A DNA stretch of 64,000 bases from Blastocystis sp. Blastoise (GCA_039096225.1 JBBPEB010000017.1:496001-560000); one strand, 5' to 3'. Counted from the first letter of the stretch, positions 1 to 14,820 are shown. Made by a program: numbers and translations. The notes: a model not told the origin generated them from the letters alone.

Positions 1-862
1 AAAAATAAAGCAATAAATAAAATAAAGTATTCTTTATGTAAATACTGAAACAATTTCTTTTTTAGAAAAAACGGATTTGTAGCTTTTTCTGTACAATAAT
101 CGCAAATAAATAACAACTTAAGCTATATATTCTATAAAAAAAATGTATGACTTTACATTTTCATTTCCTGACTGAATAAATTCTAAAAAACAAGGTTTTT
201 CTTATCAACATGAATTGCCTTCTTTTCTAGTAAATAAACTGTATTGACTTTTTTCTTGAATATATCCAGTTTTTTCTATCTAACAATTCATGCAACTGAT
301 GAAAATACTATAAATAAACTGAGTTGTCTAATTGTAGAAAAAACATTTTTCTTTTTTGTCGTTGATTTATATAGATTTCTATATACGCTAGCCATTTGTC
401 TTCGTAGATAAATTCACACATAAAAATCTATGCTATTTCTTACATGAATCACTTTTTGTGAACATCCAATATTCAATATACCTTTCCTTTGATGCTCAAA
501 CTTACTAAGTAATGTCCTAAATATAATTTCATTGTTTTTTTCATAAAAAGCACTTGACGAAGATATATTAAATGATAAATGACAATCTAGTATTTAAGAA
601 AGCATACATTAGCAATCTATATAATCTATGAATCACTTTACTTACAGTTTGTGCTTGAGAAATTGATAATCAAACCTTAGAAATGACAAATCGTTGCTTC
701 TGTAGTTTCTTTAATGGAGTCATTAGTTACATAATTTACATACATATCACTCTGTTAATTGAAATCAATGAGAATTTTCGATAAAATGGATAAATAAGCT
801 TATGAAAACAAAAGAGAAAGAGGATAAAACTGGAAGTTTGTGAAAAGAGCCTATAAATAGGA

Positions 863-888
863 TTAGAAATTTCTCGAGAAATTTCTAA
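863..888. promoter_or_regulatory. 26-bp perfect palindrome with two GAAnnTTC heat-shock-element-like pairs upstream of the DnaJ gene
   Basis: TTAGAAATTTCTCGAGAAATTTCTAA, about 160 bp upstream of ATG 1046; function inferred from the nGAAn HSE consensus. Confidence 0.4.
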
Positions 889-1045
889 AGAGAGAAGAAC
901 AATTCTTCCGATTTTAGAGTTTGTTTCTTCAAATAAGGTTTTCTTTGAGAGTTTATCACATAAATAAATATTTCTAAAGAAATATAAATTATTCTGCAAA
1001 TAGCTTATAAAAATAATACACAAACTTATTCGATTATTCTATAAA

Positions 1046-2495
1046 ATGTTTAATACTAGAATTATCTTGTTGTTCGTTGCTTTTAACTTGCTTTGCTGTC
1101 TTGCTGAAGATAGTTACTACGATGTACTTGGCATTGAAAAGTATATATCAGTCATTTATTTGAATGAAAATTTTTGTTTATTCTTTCTATTCTTATAATA
1201 TTCGTAATTTATTTTAATTTTGTACTCTATAGGAATGCTGAAGAGAAGTCTATTAAAAAAGCATATAGAAGACTTAGTATAAAATATCATCCCGATAAAT
1301 GTAAAACTGAAGAATGTAAAGTTCAATTTGCTGCTGTACAAGAAGCTTATGATTGTTTAATTGATGACAATTTAAGAAGAGTTTATGATCAAAAAGGAAA
1401 ACAAGGTGTTGAAGATTATAAGAAACAAGAACAACAAGGTGGTGCTCCTTCTCCTTTTGCTAGTTTTTTTGGTGGTCAACCTCAAAAGCAAAGAAATCAA
1501 GATAAATTAGTGAAAGTAAAAGTATCTCTTGAAGATTTATATAATGGTAGAGATTTAGAAATGAAAATACCTCGTAAAGAATTATGTTCTCATTGTCATG
1601 GAACAGGTGCTGAAACACCTGATGATTTCGAAACTTGTCCTTATTGTCATGGCCAAGGGTTTACTATAGAAAAGCATGAGTTTATGCCTGGATTTGTTCA
1701 ACAAGTTCAACAACAATGTAGTCATTGTCATGGTAAAGGTTCTATTATTAAGAAGCAATGTCATGTATGTCATGGTAAACATCTTGTAGATGGTCATTAT
1801 GATCTTTCTTTAACAGTTGAAAAAGGAATGAGTGATGGTGAAGAAATTACTTTTGAAAATAAAGGTGATCAACATCCTGATATGGATGCAGGTCATATTA
1901 TAGTACATTTAGAACAACAACCACATCGATTATTTACAAGAGATCAAGATAATCTACGTATTACATTAACTATTACACTTAAAGAAGCTCTTCTTGGTTG
2001 GTCAAAAACAATTACACATCTTGATGGACATAAAGTTACTTTTGGAAATCAAGACATTACGAAACCAGGTATATATTAGTGTTATCTTTTTATTTTCTTT
2101 TTTATGATTCTTATTGTTTAGTATATTTATTGTTTATTACATTTATTTATTATTATATTGTTTATTATATTTATTCATTATTACATTTATTATTAGTATA
2201 TTTATTATTAGTATATTTATTATTAGTATATTTATTATTAGTATATTTATTATTATTATATTTATTTATTATAATTATTTATTTATTATAATTATTCATA
2301 TAATTTAAAATATATATTATTAAATTATCATTATGATATCTCTTTATAGGTCAAGTTCTTACAATTAATGAAGAAGGTATGCCAAAACATAATTTCCCTT
2401 CAGAAAAAGGAGATCTACTTGTTACTGTAAAAGTGAAATTCCCTAAAACATTAACTAATGAACAAAAAGAACAATTAAAATCTATTCTTGGTTAA
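1046..2495 (+). CDS. Type I DnaJ/Hsp40 co-chaperone with signal peptide (ER-luminal, Scj1/ERdj3-like); 3 exons: 1046-1140, 1233-2068, 2350-2495
   Basis: Signal peptide MFNTRIILLFVAFNLLCCLA; J domain with YYDVLG and HPD; four CxxCxGx(G) zinc repeats (CSHCHGTG, CPYCHGQG, CSHCHGKG, CHVCHGKH); C-terminal EEGMP..GDLLV..FP; GT-AG introns splice in frame. Confidence 0.95.
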
Positions 2496-3128
2496 TAAAA
2501 ATAATTTTTATGAACTCTTTTTTCTTTGTTCAACAATAATATATATATAATATATACGTAAGTATATATTCATTTCTATTGATTATTTACCTATATATAT
2601 TTTTTGTGGGGTTTTCATTTTTCTACTTTTTCTTCTTTTTTCAATTTTCTTATTTCAAATTTTCTTATTTAATTTTTTGAACAATTTTTTTATTATGTTT
2701 CTGAATAGTTATTGATACTATTCTTCTTATCATTATTTGTATTACATTTATAAACAATGTCTTTTGTTTATTTGATTTATGTGTCAAAACCAAATTTAAT
2801 AACAATATATATTATTGGCTTAATATCGACATGATATTTAACAAATAGAATCACATTTTAAATCATTCTTGCATAATTCCGATGCCAATTTCCATTTCTA
2901 ATAAACGTCTCTATTCACAAATTTTTATTCAAAAACAATTCCACAATAAATTCTTAAAGCTAACAAACACGCTAATTTAAAAAATATTTAAAAAATGTAT
3001 ATCCTTTTTTTGACATTACCTTTTTGAAAAAAAATGCGTTTTATTATTTGTTGAAACAAAACTATTGAATAAAATAATAGTTGACTACATATTAGTTTCT
3101 GATTCAAATAAATATCCAGCAAACTAAA

Positions 3129-5141
3129 ATGGAATGGAATCTTCTAGTTGAAAAAAGCAAACATGTCATTCTGACTCGTGATGATAATGATTGCTTAGTA
3201 TGGCATGAAAAGTATTTCATTTTGTTGTTTTTCTTCATACTTATTTCTCTCATAATACTTTATATATATTATGAAATAAATAGAGGTCAAATAATAGGTC
3301 AAATAAAAGTGAAGGATATTATTTATGTCGAGTTTTTTACCCAAGAACAAAAGCTATCTATTTTCTGTTTAGAAAGAAAGCTAAGTATTTTTCATTATTA
3401 CATAAGTATATATATTGATATATTCTTATTAGCACCTGTCAGTAAGATAGAAATCCGAAGTCGTTTTCCAAAAGAGTATCATTTCGAGTCTTTTTATCAT
3501 TTTGATAACGCCAATAACCCAAATCGTTCTTCAGTTAATGGTAATTTTAATACTTATATTCACAGTTGTAGTCATCATAATTTTATAGATGTTTTCGAAT
3601 TATACCGATATCTTTCAAATGAAATTGAAATGGAACTAAAAAACAATACAAAGATTATCCGAGATCTTTCAGAACGATATTTGTTTGGAGAAGATTATAT
3701 TCAGTATTATGGTATTCTATATATATCTAAATATCTTCATCATAATACTTTTTAGACAGACCATGGAATAATCGACGTTTTCTTATTGTTACAAATCCTC
3801 ATGGAGGAAACCACAAAGCACTCTCTGTATATATATATAGAACTCATTTTGTAACTCATACTGATGAACTTCATATTTAAACAATAAACGTTTTTGTAGA
3901 TCTACGAGACAATTATAAAACCACTCTTTGATAAGATTCGTCTTGGAGCCGATGTTGTTTTAACAGAATATTCGTAAATATATTTTATTTATTAAATATA
4001 TAAAATAGTTTATTTTTCTTTATAAATATTTGATCATTTATTCGAATTATAGTTATTTTGATTTTCATTATACTATTTAGGGGTCATGCTGAAGATATGG
4101 GAAGTGAATATGATTATATTCAATACGAAGGTGTTCTTTTTATAAGGTACATAGCTTACAAAGAAATAATATATTTTAAATATTTTTATTCTCTATTCAT
4201 AACAGATTAGTATATTATTATTTTTATCTACATATGATTTCATATATAGTGGTGATGGAACGGTCAATGAGTTTATAAATGGAATTTTGAGCACACCACA
4301 TGCTCGAGATGTATTACGAAACACAATTATTGGTGTTATTCCCGCGGGAACAGAGAATAGTCTTGCAAGAGGAATAGGAACAAATGATATATATACAGCA
4401 CTTTATGTATATAATTCTTTACAATTTATATATATATAGTGTATAATAAAGCGATTAGTTCGACCTTTTGATTCAATATGTGTCACAAATGGTTCTCTTG
4501 AAGCGCGGTATTGTTTCGCGGGGTGCGCTTGGGGTATAGTAAGTGATATGGTTCAAGTATGTTTTTTTATGATTATTGTTATTAATATATATTATATTAT
4601 TATTATTCGAAATATTATTAATAGTAGAATGATAATAATAATTATTCTTATTATGAGTATAAGGTTAATAATTATAATTATAGGATTATGAAAACTATCG
4701 TTGCTTAGGAAGAGCAAGATATTGGTATTTAAAGGTATATTATGTTTATTATATTATGATTATGATTATTATTATACTTATTATTATTATTATTATTATT
4801 TTTATTGTTATTATTAGGGTATTCATGGGTGTTTTTGTCGTCGAAAACATCGATGTGAACTTCGTTATATTCCCGCGGGAAACCAAATTAGAAGAAAATG
4901 TAAAGAAAAATATCCAAATGTATAACTGTTTGATTTTCTTTCATTAAAATTATTGATATATATAGTGTTTAGACTGTTATAATTATTCAAAACATCCATG
5001 TAATATAATGTATATATATTTTTTTATTTCATTATTCAATTGTAATTACATATATTATTTATGTTATGATTAATATTTTTAAATTATAAATATAAATAGA
5101 TATAAATATAAATAGATATAAATATAAATAGATATAAATAT

Positions 5142-5181
<40 letters not shown>

Positions 5182-7423
5182 TCTAGTCCTCCTTTACCAA
5201 CATCTACGTTGGGGTCTATAACAAGTAATATACATACTATTCCTTCTCCTATACCTATCTATGCATCTTCTACAATAATGAAGAATTCCCACGGGGATAA
5301 TGAACTTTTAAATAATCCTTTTCTTTCAAAGAAATCTTCTTCATCGAATTCTCAATTGAATAAGGAGAGGAATAGTATTCCAATTGAGAATATGAATAAT
5401 TCACCACCAGCTATTGTTATTCCCACGAAAATCAATGGAAAATCACCTATAAACACAAGTGTATTGATATGTTAATTTTATTTATTGCTTTTCTTATTCT
5501 ATATAATTATTCAGTGTATTATATATATAGAAATGTATTCTTGTATATATGATTCTATATATAGTCGTCCACATCTCCTTCTGCTTATGTCCCTCTCTAT
5601 TATCATCCTTTGATAAAAGCAAGAAACAAACTTCTTGGATGGGATAGAAATAATAATAATAATGAAAATGATGATACTATTATGAATGACAATAAGAAGA
5701 ACATGAATGGTAATAATCATATAGCAAACTCAACTGAAATGAATTCCTTTCAATACTCAACAACCATTCCTTCTTCTTCATCTTCTACTCTTGCAAACAC
5801 TACTACTAAAGATAATAATAAAGATACTATTTATGTTAATAATAATAAAGATAATAGTAACTCTGTTAATAATAATAATAATAGTAAGTCTGTTAATAAT
5901 AATACGAATACTTCTATACCTCCTCCTCCACATGGTCCTCCTAATAATAGAATCACATCAAATAATCATGAACAGAAAGTTACTCAGTATATAATTAATA
6001 TCTATATATAAATATTACTAGATTCTATTTTTGAATATATTCTATTATATAATATATATATATAGACCATCTAGTATGCATTCAACATCCAGTATGATTG
6101 TTTATTCATATATAAATCATTCTATAACATATATATATATAAATATATATTATTCTATAATATATATAGAAGGAGAATATGAATTATCACGATTACCTGC
6201 AATTCCAGAAGTTCAACCAGAATTAGAACATTCTAAAGAAAGAAATTCACACGAAGAAAAAATAGATAAAGAAAAAGAAAAAGAGTCTTCTTTACCCAGT
6301 CAGAATAGTATTCCAAATATCCCTCCTACTGTTTCTATGTCTACTCAAAATACAAAAAACATTCCTAACGTTTCAAATATAATGAAACTACCTCCAAAAT
6401 CTTCTTGGGATTCTGTACAAGATACTGTACATATATATATAAATGATCTTTCAACAGAACGTGAGAGAGAAACGAAAATTAACTCATTATTGAAAAGTAT
6501 ATCAATCTTATAATAGGGTTTTTATGAATTAATTATAATTCAATTATCAATAATACGATATATATATATATATAAATCATATATATTCTTTATTTATAAA
6601 TATAATATAGTGTATCCACCTGCTTGGATAGAAGAAGAAGGATATTATCATACACTTGGTGTAGTCAATACATCTCCTGATGCTATCTATTCTCATATAT
6701 CCTCTATACACAAATATATAAAATTATATTCATTAATTATATTTATTATTTATTATTTATTATTTATTATTTATTATTTATTTATTATTTATTATTTATT
6801 ATTTATTTATTATTTCCATAATTATATATGCTACCAGTGGATGTATGGACTTAGCTATTGCTAGAAAAGGTATACATATATATTATATTTTTCTTTCATT
6901 TATCATTATATAATAATTATATTATTAGGTAACGATATATTATTCTATAGGTACATGTGTTGATGATGTAGTTTTAGCATTAAGATATGTTATTGGTGAT
7001 GAATTTGGATCTAAACAAATGGATTATTTTAAAGTATTTCCATATATTTATGTTACTCTCTATTACTATTTATATATTTGTATCATTTTCTTTCATTATA
7101 TTTATTTCTATTTTAATTCTATTTAAATATCTAACATTATATTCTTATTCTTCTCAAAAGATATATAATACTATTTTAATCTTTTTATATCTATATGAAT
7201 ATATATAATAGGTTTACGCAGTAGAAATTGAAAGTTATTCAGATCCTCTTATTATGTTAGATGGAGAAGTATATATATATTATATTCTAATACTAGCAAA
7301 AACTATACATTCAATTTTTCATCACTCTTCTTATAATTATTCTTCTGTTAGATGTTCCGTGGACCTTGTCCAATCAGATTCACATGTGTTCCGTCATTAT
7401 TAACAGTATTTGGAGAGTATTAA
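3129..7423 (+). CDS. Sphingosine kinase / ceramide kinase-like lipid kinase (DAGK catalytic domain), multi-exon, with a Ser/Asn-rich insertion
   Basis: Spliced motifs FLIVTNPHGG, TEYSGHA, SGDGTVNEFINGI, IGVIPAGTENSLARG, LGRARY and MLDGE; stop TAA 7421-7423; internal exon boundaries approximate. Confidence 0.88.
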
Positions 7424-8221
7424 TATCATACATAGATTTATTATTATTATTATTTATACATATTTCATATTATTTCAGTTTATAATTCAATAATTATTCA
7501 AGTTTTCTTGTTCAATTCTCTTGTTCTATTCATTTAAGTATTTTTTATTATAATAATTATTATATTTTTTATCATTTTCCTGTATATTATTCACATAGAA
7601 TAAATTTTAGTTTGTCTTTTTATTATTTTTGTTTTTTTATATTCAATAGCTTAGTTTCATTATTTAATCATATTTTAAAAGTTAACGCTTTTTTATTCAT
7701 GAAAATTTGTTTAATATACTTATTTGTTTGTTTTGATTGTATTCTAAAGATCTTAGTTAACAACAAAAATTTACTTTTTTTTTAATAAAATGAAAGTGAT
7801 CATAGTAGTATATATATTTTTAATACAATAATATTTAATATTTAGAGAATGTCTTTATATATATATATATTGTTAATTATTGATTTATATATATCACTGC
7901 ATCAAAAACCACGTTTTTTGCATAGACGAGAAGAAGTAATAGATTAAAAATATTCTTACTGCATTCTTTATTATCCTTATTTTAACTATTACACTTAATG
8001 TATTTATTATATATCATTATTCAATTATATTTATGATTTTTTCGGATATAGTTTAATTCTTGAATAAAAAGAAATTTATCGATTTAAAAAGAGAATTACC
8101 TAAATTTGAATATCTTAAAATAGTATATAAAACATAAACTTGTTCATTATATACACAGAACAAACAATAATTAAAACATACATATCTTTATATTGATTTA
8201 TTAGAAAAAGATAACAGAATT

Positions 8222-8294
8222 GCCTCAATAGCTCAGTTGGTAGAGCACTCGCTTAGTAAGCGAAAGGTCGAGAGTTCGATCCTCCCTTGAGGCT
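8222..8294 (+). tRNA. tRNA-Thr(AGT)
   Basis: Acceptor stem GCCTCAA/TTGAGGC, D arm GCTC-AGTTGGTA-GAGC, anticodon loop TTAGTAA, T loop TTCGATC, followed by T-runs (Pol III terminator-like). Confidence 0.93.
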
Positions 8295-8754
8295 TTAAAT
8301 TTTTATTTTCATCTGCTTACAAATTTATTCTCCTTTGTAAATAAATTGTATAAATTTTAATCGTGATATTGAAATCAGCGTAGACATATAGACAAACTTT
8401 TAAATAAAATCAGTCGATTTTGAAAAATTGTTCAACATCAACATCTGCATAGAATCACTTTTGTGATATAATACAAGAATAAAAAAATGTTTAGTATATA
8501 AATTTAAACTTCATACACAAACATTGACAATATTTTTAAAAGCAAACTATAATCATCAGTGAATAAAATTCAACAAAATACTATATATATATAGAAGACC
8601 CTAAATAATAGCAATTTATATAAATAAAACACAAAAAGAAATAAAAGCAATTCAAACAAAGAAATGGGAAACTAGATTTTTTCTGTGTTTTTAGAGAATA
8701 TCCCATGAATAAAAATGATGATTTAAAACTTTACTATAGAAATAATATCTAATA

Positions 8755-11700
8755 ATGCAGATCTATTTGATAATATTACTATTATTCATTTGCTTGTCGT
8801 CTTCTGAATCGAATATGGAAGAAGAAATTGGATCAGGCTACTTTTTTGATTTTTATCCCTATTTGAATTCTTTAGATAACAAAGTAAGTACTTCCGTTAA
8901 GTAGTAGACTATGAGTTAATTATCTTTAGACATCTGAGAATGATTTTCCTGCTTCTTATTCTCATCCAGATTTTGAACATGGATTTGTTTATGGTGTAGA
9001 TACGATGTGTGTCACCGACGAGCTTGACTTTGATTATATGCCTGATGCAAAAATTACAAATCGACTCTATAATTCAATTGGTACTTTGAAAACGATTACT
9101 TCTAAAGATAGCTTTTATACATGGTATTTATATTGATATTAATATTGTATATATTCTTAGTTTATTTTATATATTCTATATATATATTTTTATAAATAAT
9201 AATTAATATATGTTTATAATTTATAGGTATCATTATAAAGCTGGTATGAATTATGTTTATTCATTTAATATCAAAAAATATGTTTCCAAAAAGAATGAAT
9301 GGACAAATTATACATTTCCTTCTACAATAGAAGATTCATTTCCACGGAAATTTCCTCTTACTCCTCAAGAAATTTATTATGGATCACGAATGTATTATAC
9401 TATAGCTATGAGTGTAGAACTAAAAGAATGTTCTAATGAATATTTACTTGGATTTCAGTATATTATTATTATTTGCTATTTTATATTTGTTATTATTATT
9501 ATATAGTTTTTATTATTATTATTTGTTTTTTATATAATATATTATTATTTGTTTTTATTATTATATTTTATGAATCTTTTTGTGTAAATATAATTGCTTA
9601 TATAATCTATTAAAAATGTATTATCTCCATGATTATTTGTATATAGATCTATGGGTGATGTCTTTATTTACATGAATAAACATTTAATATATGAATATGG
9701 TGGAATAAAATCTGATGATGATAATTATATGCATTATATTGATATGAGCAATGTTTATTATTCGTATATATAGAATTCTTATTATACATATATTTTAAAT
9801 CTTATTCTATATATATAGTATGTTTTGTTTATATATATAATATATAATATTATTATTATTTTAATCTTATTCTATATATATAGTCCATGTTTTTTAAATA
9901 TATAATATATAATATTATTATTATTTATATTATTCTATATATATATATACTCCATGTTTTTTAAATATATAATAAATAATATTATTATTATTTATCTTAT
10001 TCTATATATATAGTCCATGTTTTTTAAATATATAATATATAATATTATTATTATTTATATTATTCTATATATATATATACTCCATGTTTTTTAAATATAT
10101 AATAAATAATATTATTATTATTTATCTTATTCTATATATATAGTCCATGTTTTTTAAATATATATCTTGCCCATCGTCAAGGACCACCAATCGATATAAT
10201 TATTGTTACAACAATGAAAGAAAACCGCGAGAATTATGAAGAAGCTGAGATGATTTATTTATTTAATGAAACTATGACAGAAACACAAACCAAAAAAAGT
10301 TTACTGTATATATAGTTATTTATATAGTTATATTTTATTATATAGTATTTATTATTTATGAATATTGAAGCTTTTGTATAAATATTATTTTGATTATTAT
10401 TGTACCTTTTTTTTATTATCAATCCTATTACATTATATATTATATGTATAATATATTCATATATATAGTGTTAATCATGTTGATTATGTTACGAGTAATA
10501 ATAAGAGTATGTTAGTATTAAATCCAGATTATAAAGAAAATACAATGGCTGCTATTTTGTATATATTTATAGAACACATTAATAATAATAATTATATATA
10601 AAAAAGTATTATAATAAGTATAATAATAAGTATAATAATAATAAGATCAAAAATAATCTAATCATTCTATTTATTACTATATATATAGAAAGAGAGATAT
10701 ATTTGTGGTAAATAGTCTCTATATTGTTAATTATAAGTTTTATATTTCTGCAGGTATATATATATATACATTTAGTATGTAGTACTCCAATATATATATA
10801 TATATAGAAATTGAAAATACTATATATATCGTATATACTGAACACTCCTCCTATTCAATGCCAATGATCAATTCCCGCGGGGAACCTGTGTATATAAATT
10901 TATTATTCTTATATTTTATACAATAACTATATATATATATAGTTTTTCTTCTTCTTTCTTCTCATATACAAGTATAAAGAACATTAATCAGAACACCGTA
11001 CATTTGCTTTCAGCAGTTGGATATGGCGATTCTCCGCAACGAATCGTTGGTCAGGCTTCGTACACTATGGAACTGGCTCTAGGAGGGATTGTAGAATTGT
11101 GTATCAAGTATGTCACGTGATTTATTTAGTGCCATTTCATTTATTTCAATTATATTTATTATATTTTTTATTATTCTATTTATTATTATTATATTTATTA
11201 TTATTATATTTATTATTATTTTTATTTTGTTTATTTATTATTATTATATAGATATAATCCATTTCATAAATCAGTTTCCTTATTTTTTAAACAACAAGGT
11301 ATCTATAAAAATTTATGTTTATCCTATATATATATATAGATGTTTTTATCCGTATTTGGGGAAATGTCGATTTCTTCTTTAAAGATATGGCTGCTTATCC
11401 TATTAATATGTATATATATATATTCATTTATATTTATATTATTTTTATTATCAGTTATATAATAATATTATTATTCTTTATATAGTACAAATACTGCAAT
11501 ATTCACAAAGAAGCCTGATTACCGCGGGAAAGTGGCTCTTTTGTCCTGGTCTGTGAAATTAGTTAATAATTTTATCGATGAATTTTCTGAATTTGAATAT
11601 TATAATGATGGTATCTATGACGTGGGTATATTTATATGTGTTATTATTATTATTTAATATCTTAAAGTATTATTTTGTTTATTTTACTCAATTACTATAC

Positions 11701-12310
11701 TATTATTTCTTATTATATATATATTTATATATATATTATTTATTATTATTATATATAATATTATACATGTTTTATTCTTAATATATACTATATATAGGAG
11801 ATAGTACTATTGGTTCTCTTACAATCATCGACTCTCTGGGAGTCAAATGGCTCTATGCCCTTCCTGTTCTCTCTATACGTATATATATATTATATATATA
11901 TATTTATTATTATTATTATATAATATATCTTATACTATTTCCATATTATTTTTTTTTATTATATTTTTTATGTATTATATATATTATATTATATACATAT
12001 TATATATAATATTTTTATTATATTTTTTATATATAATATATAATATATTATATATATAGAAGTCCATGACGCACCTGATGACACTTCCTTTCAATTTACT
12101 CAGGAAGAAGATCACTATATACTTTCTGGACGGTTTTATACAGTATATATTCACGGGAATATTCACTAATTATTTTTATGCTTATACTCTCTATATTGAA
12201 CTATATATATATATATATATATAGACTGGCACTTATACATTTGATATATATTTCAAATATACTCCGTTTTATCATGGTACTTTTAAAGTTGTTTCTTCAT
12301 TAATGTATAT

Positions 12311-12352
<42 letters not shown>

Positions 12353-14674
12353 TTTACCACATATACAATTCTTAACAAAACGTGATCTAAAAATAACCGC
12401 GGGAGAAAGACAGTTTATTGAAGCTGAAGTCTATGATATTTATAATAATAGAGGTATATATATTATTTATATATATTTATTAAATATATATAGTATATTC
12501 CTCTCCCTCTACAATTCATTTTCATTATGAAAATGTAGAAACAGGCGATTCTCAAAACATCCCCGCGGTTCTAGATAAAACACTAACTGCAAACGCGCCA
12601 TTTTATGTGGCGGGAACATATCGAGCTTCTTTTATTGATGATAATTATAGTGTATCTATTATTTATTATTTATTATGTATTATTTATTATTTATTATGTA
12701 TTATTTATTATTTATTATTTGCTATTTATTAGTTATTATATATTCTTTATTCTTTGTTTTATTATGTTAATTATTATTATTTTGTTTACTATAATTATTA
12801 TATAGTCACCGTTATGTTTTCTTACAGTTGTTCCAAGTGTTCCGAAACACAATTTCACACAAATATATGGACAAGGTACTATTAGTGGAACCGTGGGAAT
12901 TGAACTAGATTTACGTATACAACCGAGAGATATTTATGGGAATATTATCGACCATGGTAAATATTTTTTTTATATTCTATTTATTATTTATTTTATTATT
13001 ATTATATATATATAATAATCTTTATATTTTTTATTTTATATATCTACATATTATTTATTCTATATATTTTATATATTATTTATTCTATATATTCTATATA
13101 TTATTTATTCTATATATTTTATATATTTTTTATTCTATATATTCTATATATTATTTATTCTATATATTCTATATATTATTTATTCTATATATTTTATATA
13201 TTTTTTATTCTATATATTCTATATATTATTTATTCTATATATTCTCTATTCCTTGTATTATCCATAGATTGTGGTACATTCTCTATGGTTATTTCATATA
13301 TGGACGTTAATACTGCAAGTACATCAGAAGAGAATACAATCAATCAACTAAATGAATATCCTACGGATTCTATATATATATTCCCGTGGGATAGCTTCGA
13401 AAATATTTATCGATCCTTGTATATATATATTATTATTATTATTATTTATTTTATCATTATATTTTTAATAATAATTATATATTATATTATATTATATATT
13501 ATTAATATATATTAATATATGTTATATATAGATATTTCCCAGAGTATCAAGGTAGAATGCATATATATATATATTATTCTCCTACTCCAACACCCTCAAT
13601 TAGTACACAAACCCTCTATGACGAGCTCATCGTCACTATTTATACAAATACTTTTATCGACTGTTTACATACAACATTTAGTTGTATATATATATAGATT
13701 AATTATTATCTATATTATTATATGAGTATAGTTAATTATGTATCTCCATTGTCAATTCCCGCGGGAGTTCGAGTGCCTCTATTCTTGGAATATCGAGATA
13801 TTCATGGGAATCTTGTAGATCCTGAGGCTATTCTATTTGACTCCAATGCTGATGAAAAACCGCGGGTATTTTTTCATAAAAACGAATTACATGTGTATTC
13901 AAATATTTCTCCTGGTATATATATATATATGTATATATTATTATTATTATTATTATTATTATTTAAATAGCTGGTTTCTTATCATTTGTATATATAAATA
14001 CAACACTTGCTGGACGTGATGAAATACTATTCCAATGTCACGTGAACGAGGATCGAATGAAAGATGATACACAATTTCCGTTAAATGTGACGACTATAGA
14101 TTACAAGTATAACACAATTACTTTTTCAGATCTCATTTGTATATATATATATAGTATTATTATTATTATATATATAACAATATGGTTTATATATATAGAT
14201 GTTAGACCTAGTTCTATCGGTAAAATAAATAATGTGACAATTGAAGGGAGAATAGCAGGTATATATATACATAATTATATATATATACATATATAGGGGA
14301 AGCAAGTAAATTTTTATTCAGAGCATTAGATATTTACGGGAATTCTGTTGAAAATAGTAAAGATATTCATATTAAGATTTCCCATCAAAGTCGACTTTTC
14401 AATGAATATGGTGAAATGGTAGCAATAAATGGAAATATTTATGAATATACATTTACTCCTCCTTTTGATGGATTGTATATATATATATATATAGTTATAT
14501 AGATATAGTTTTATAGAAAATTCTATACTTATATATATAGATATATAGTTATATAGTTATATAGATAATTCTATACTTATATATATATATAGATATAGTA
14601 TTTTTATTTATGAATACAGTAATGAAATTTATAAACAAACAAATATACAATATAAACTAAAAGATATTGATATT

Positions 14675-14713
<39 letters not shown>

Positions 14714-14778
14714 TAGTATTATTATTATATTTATAGCAAAAACTTATATTCATGGTCCAGGAAGAGCTGGTGGAATTA

Positions 14779-14820
<42 letters not shown>

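Noticed and set aside
170-1023. Possible minus-strand gene, including the 95-aa ORF 736-1023
   Set aside because: No recognisable motif and no consistent exon chain could be built; the region overlaps the DnaJ promoter
7725-7732. TGTTTGTT and similar GU-rich tracts after genes, suggesting Blastocystis-type stop codons completed by polyadenylation
   Set aside because: Every reconstructed gene has a complete genomic stop codon, so there is no case of a poly(A)-generated stop here; the tracts are at most 3'-end signals
9800-10165. Repeat array resembling CRISPR
   Set aside because: The spacers are duplicated rather than unique, the context is a eukaryotic intron, and there are no cas genes
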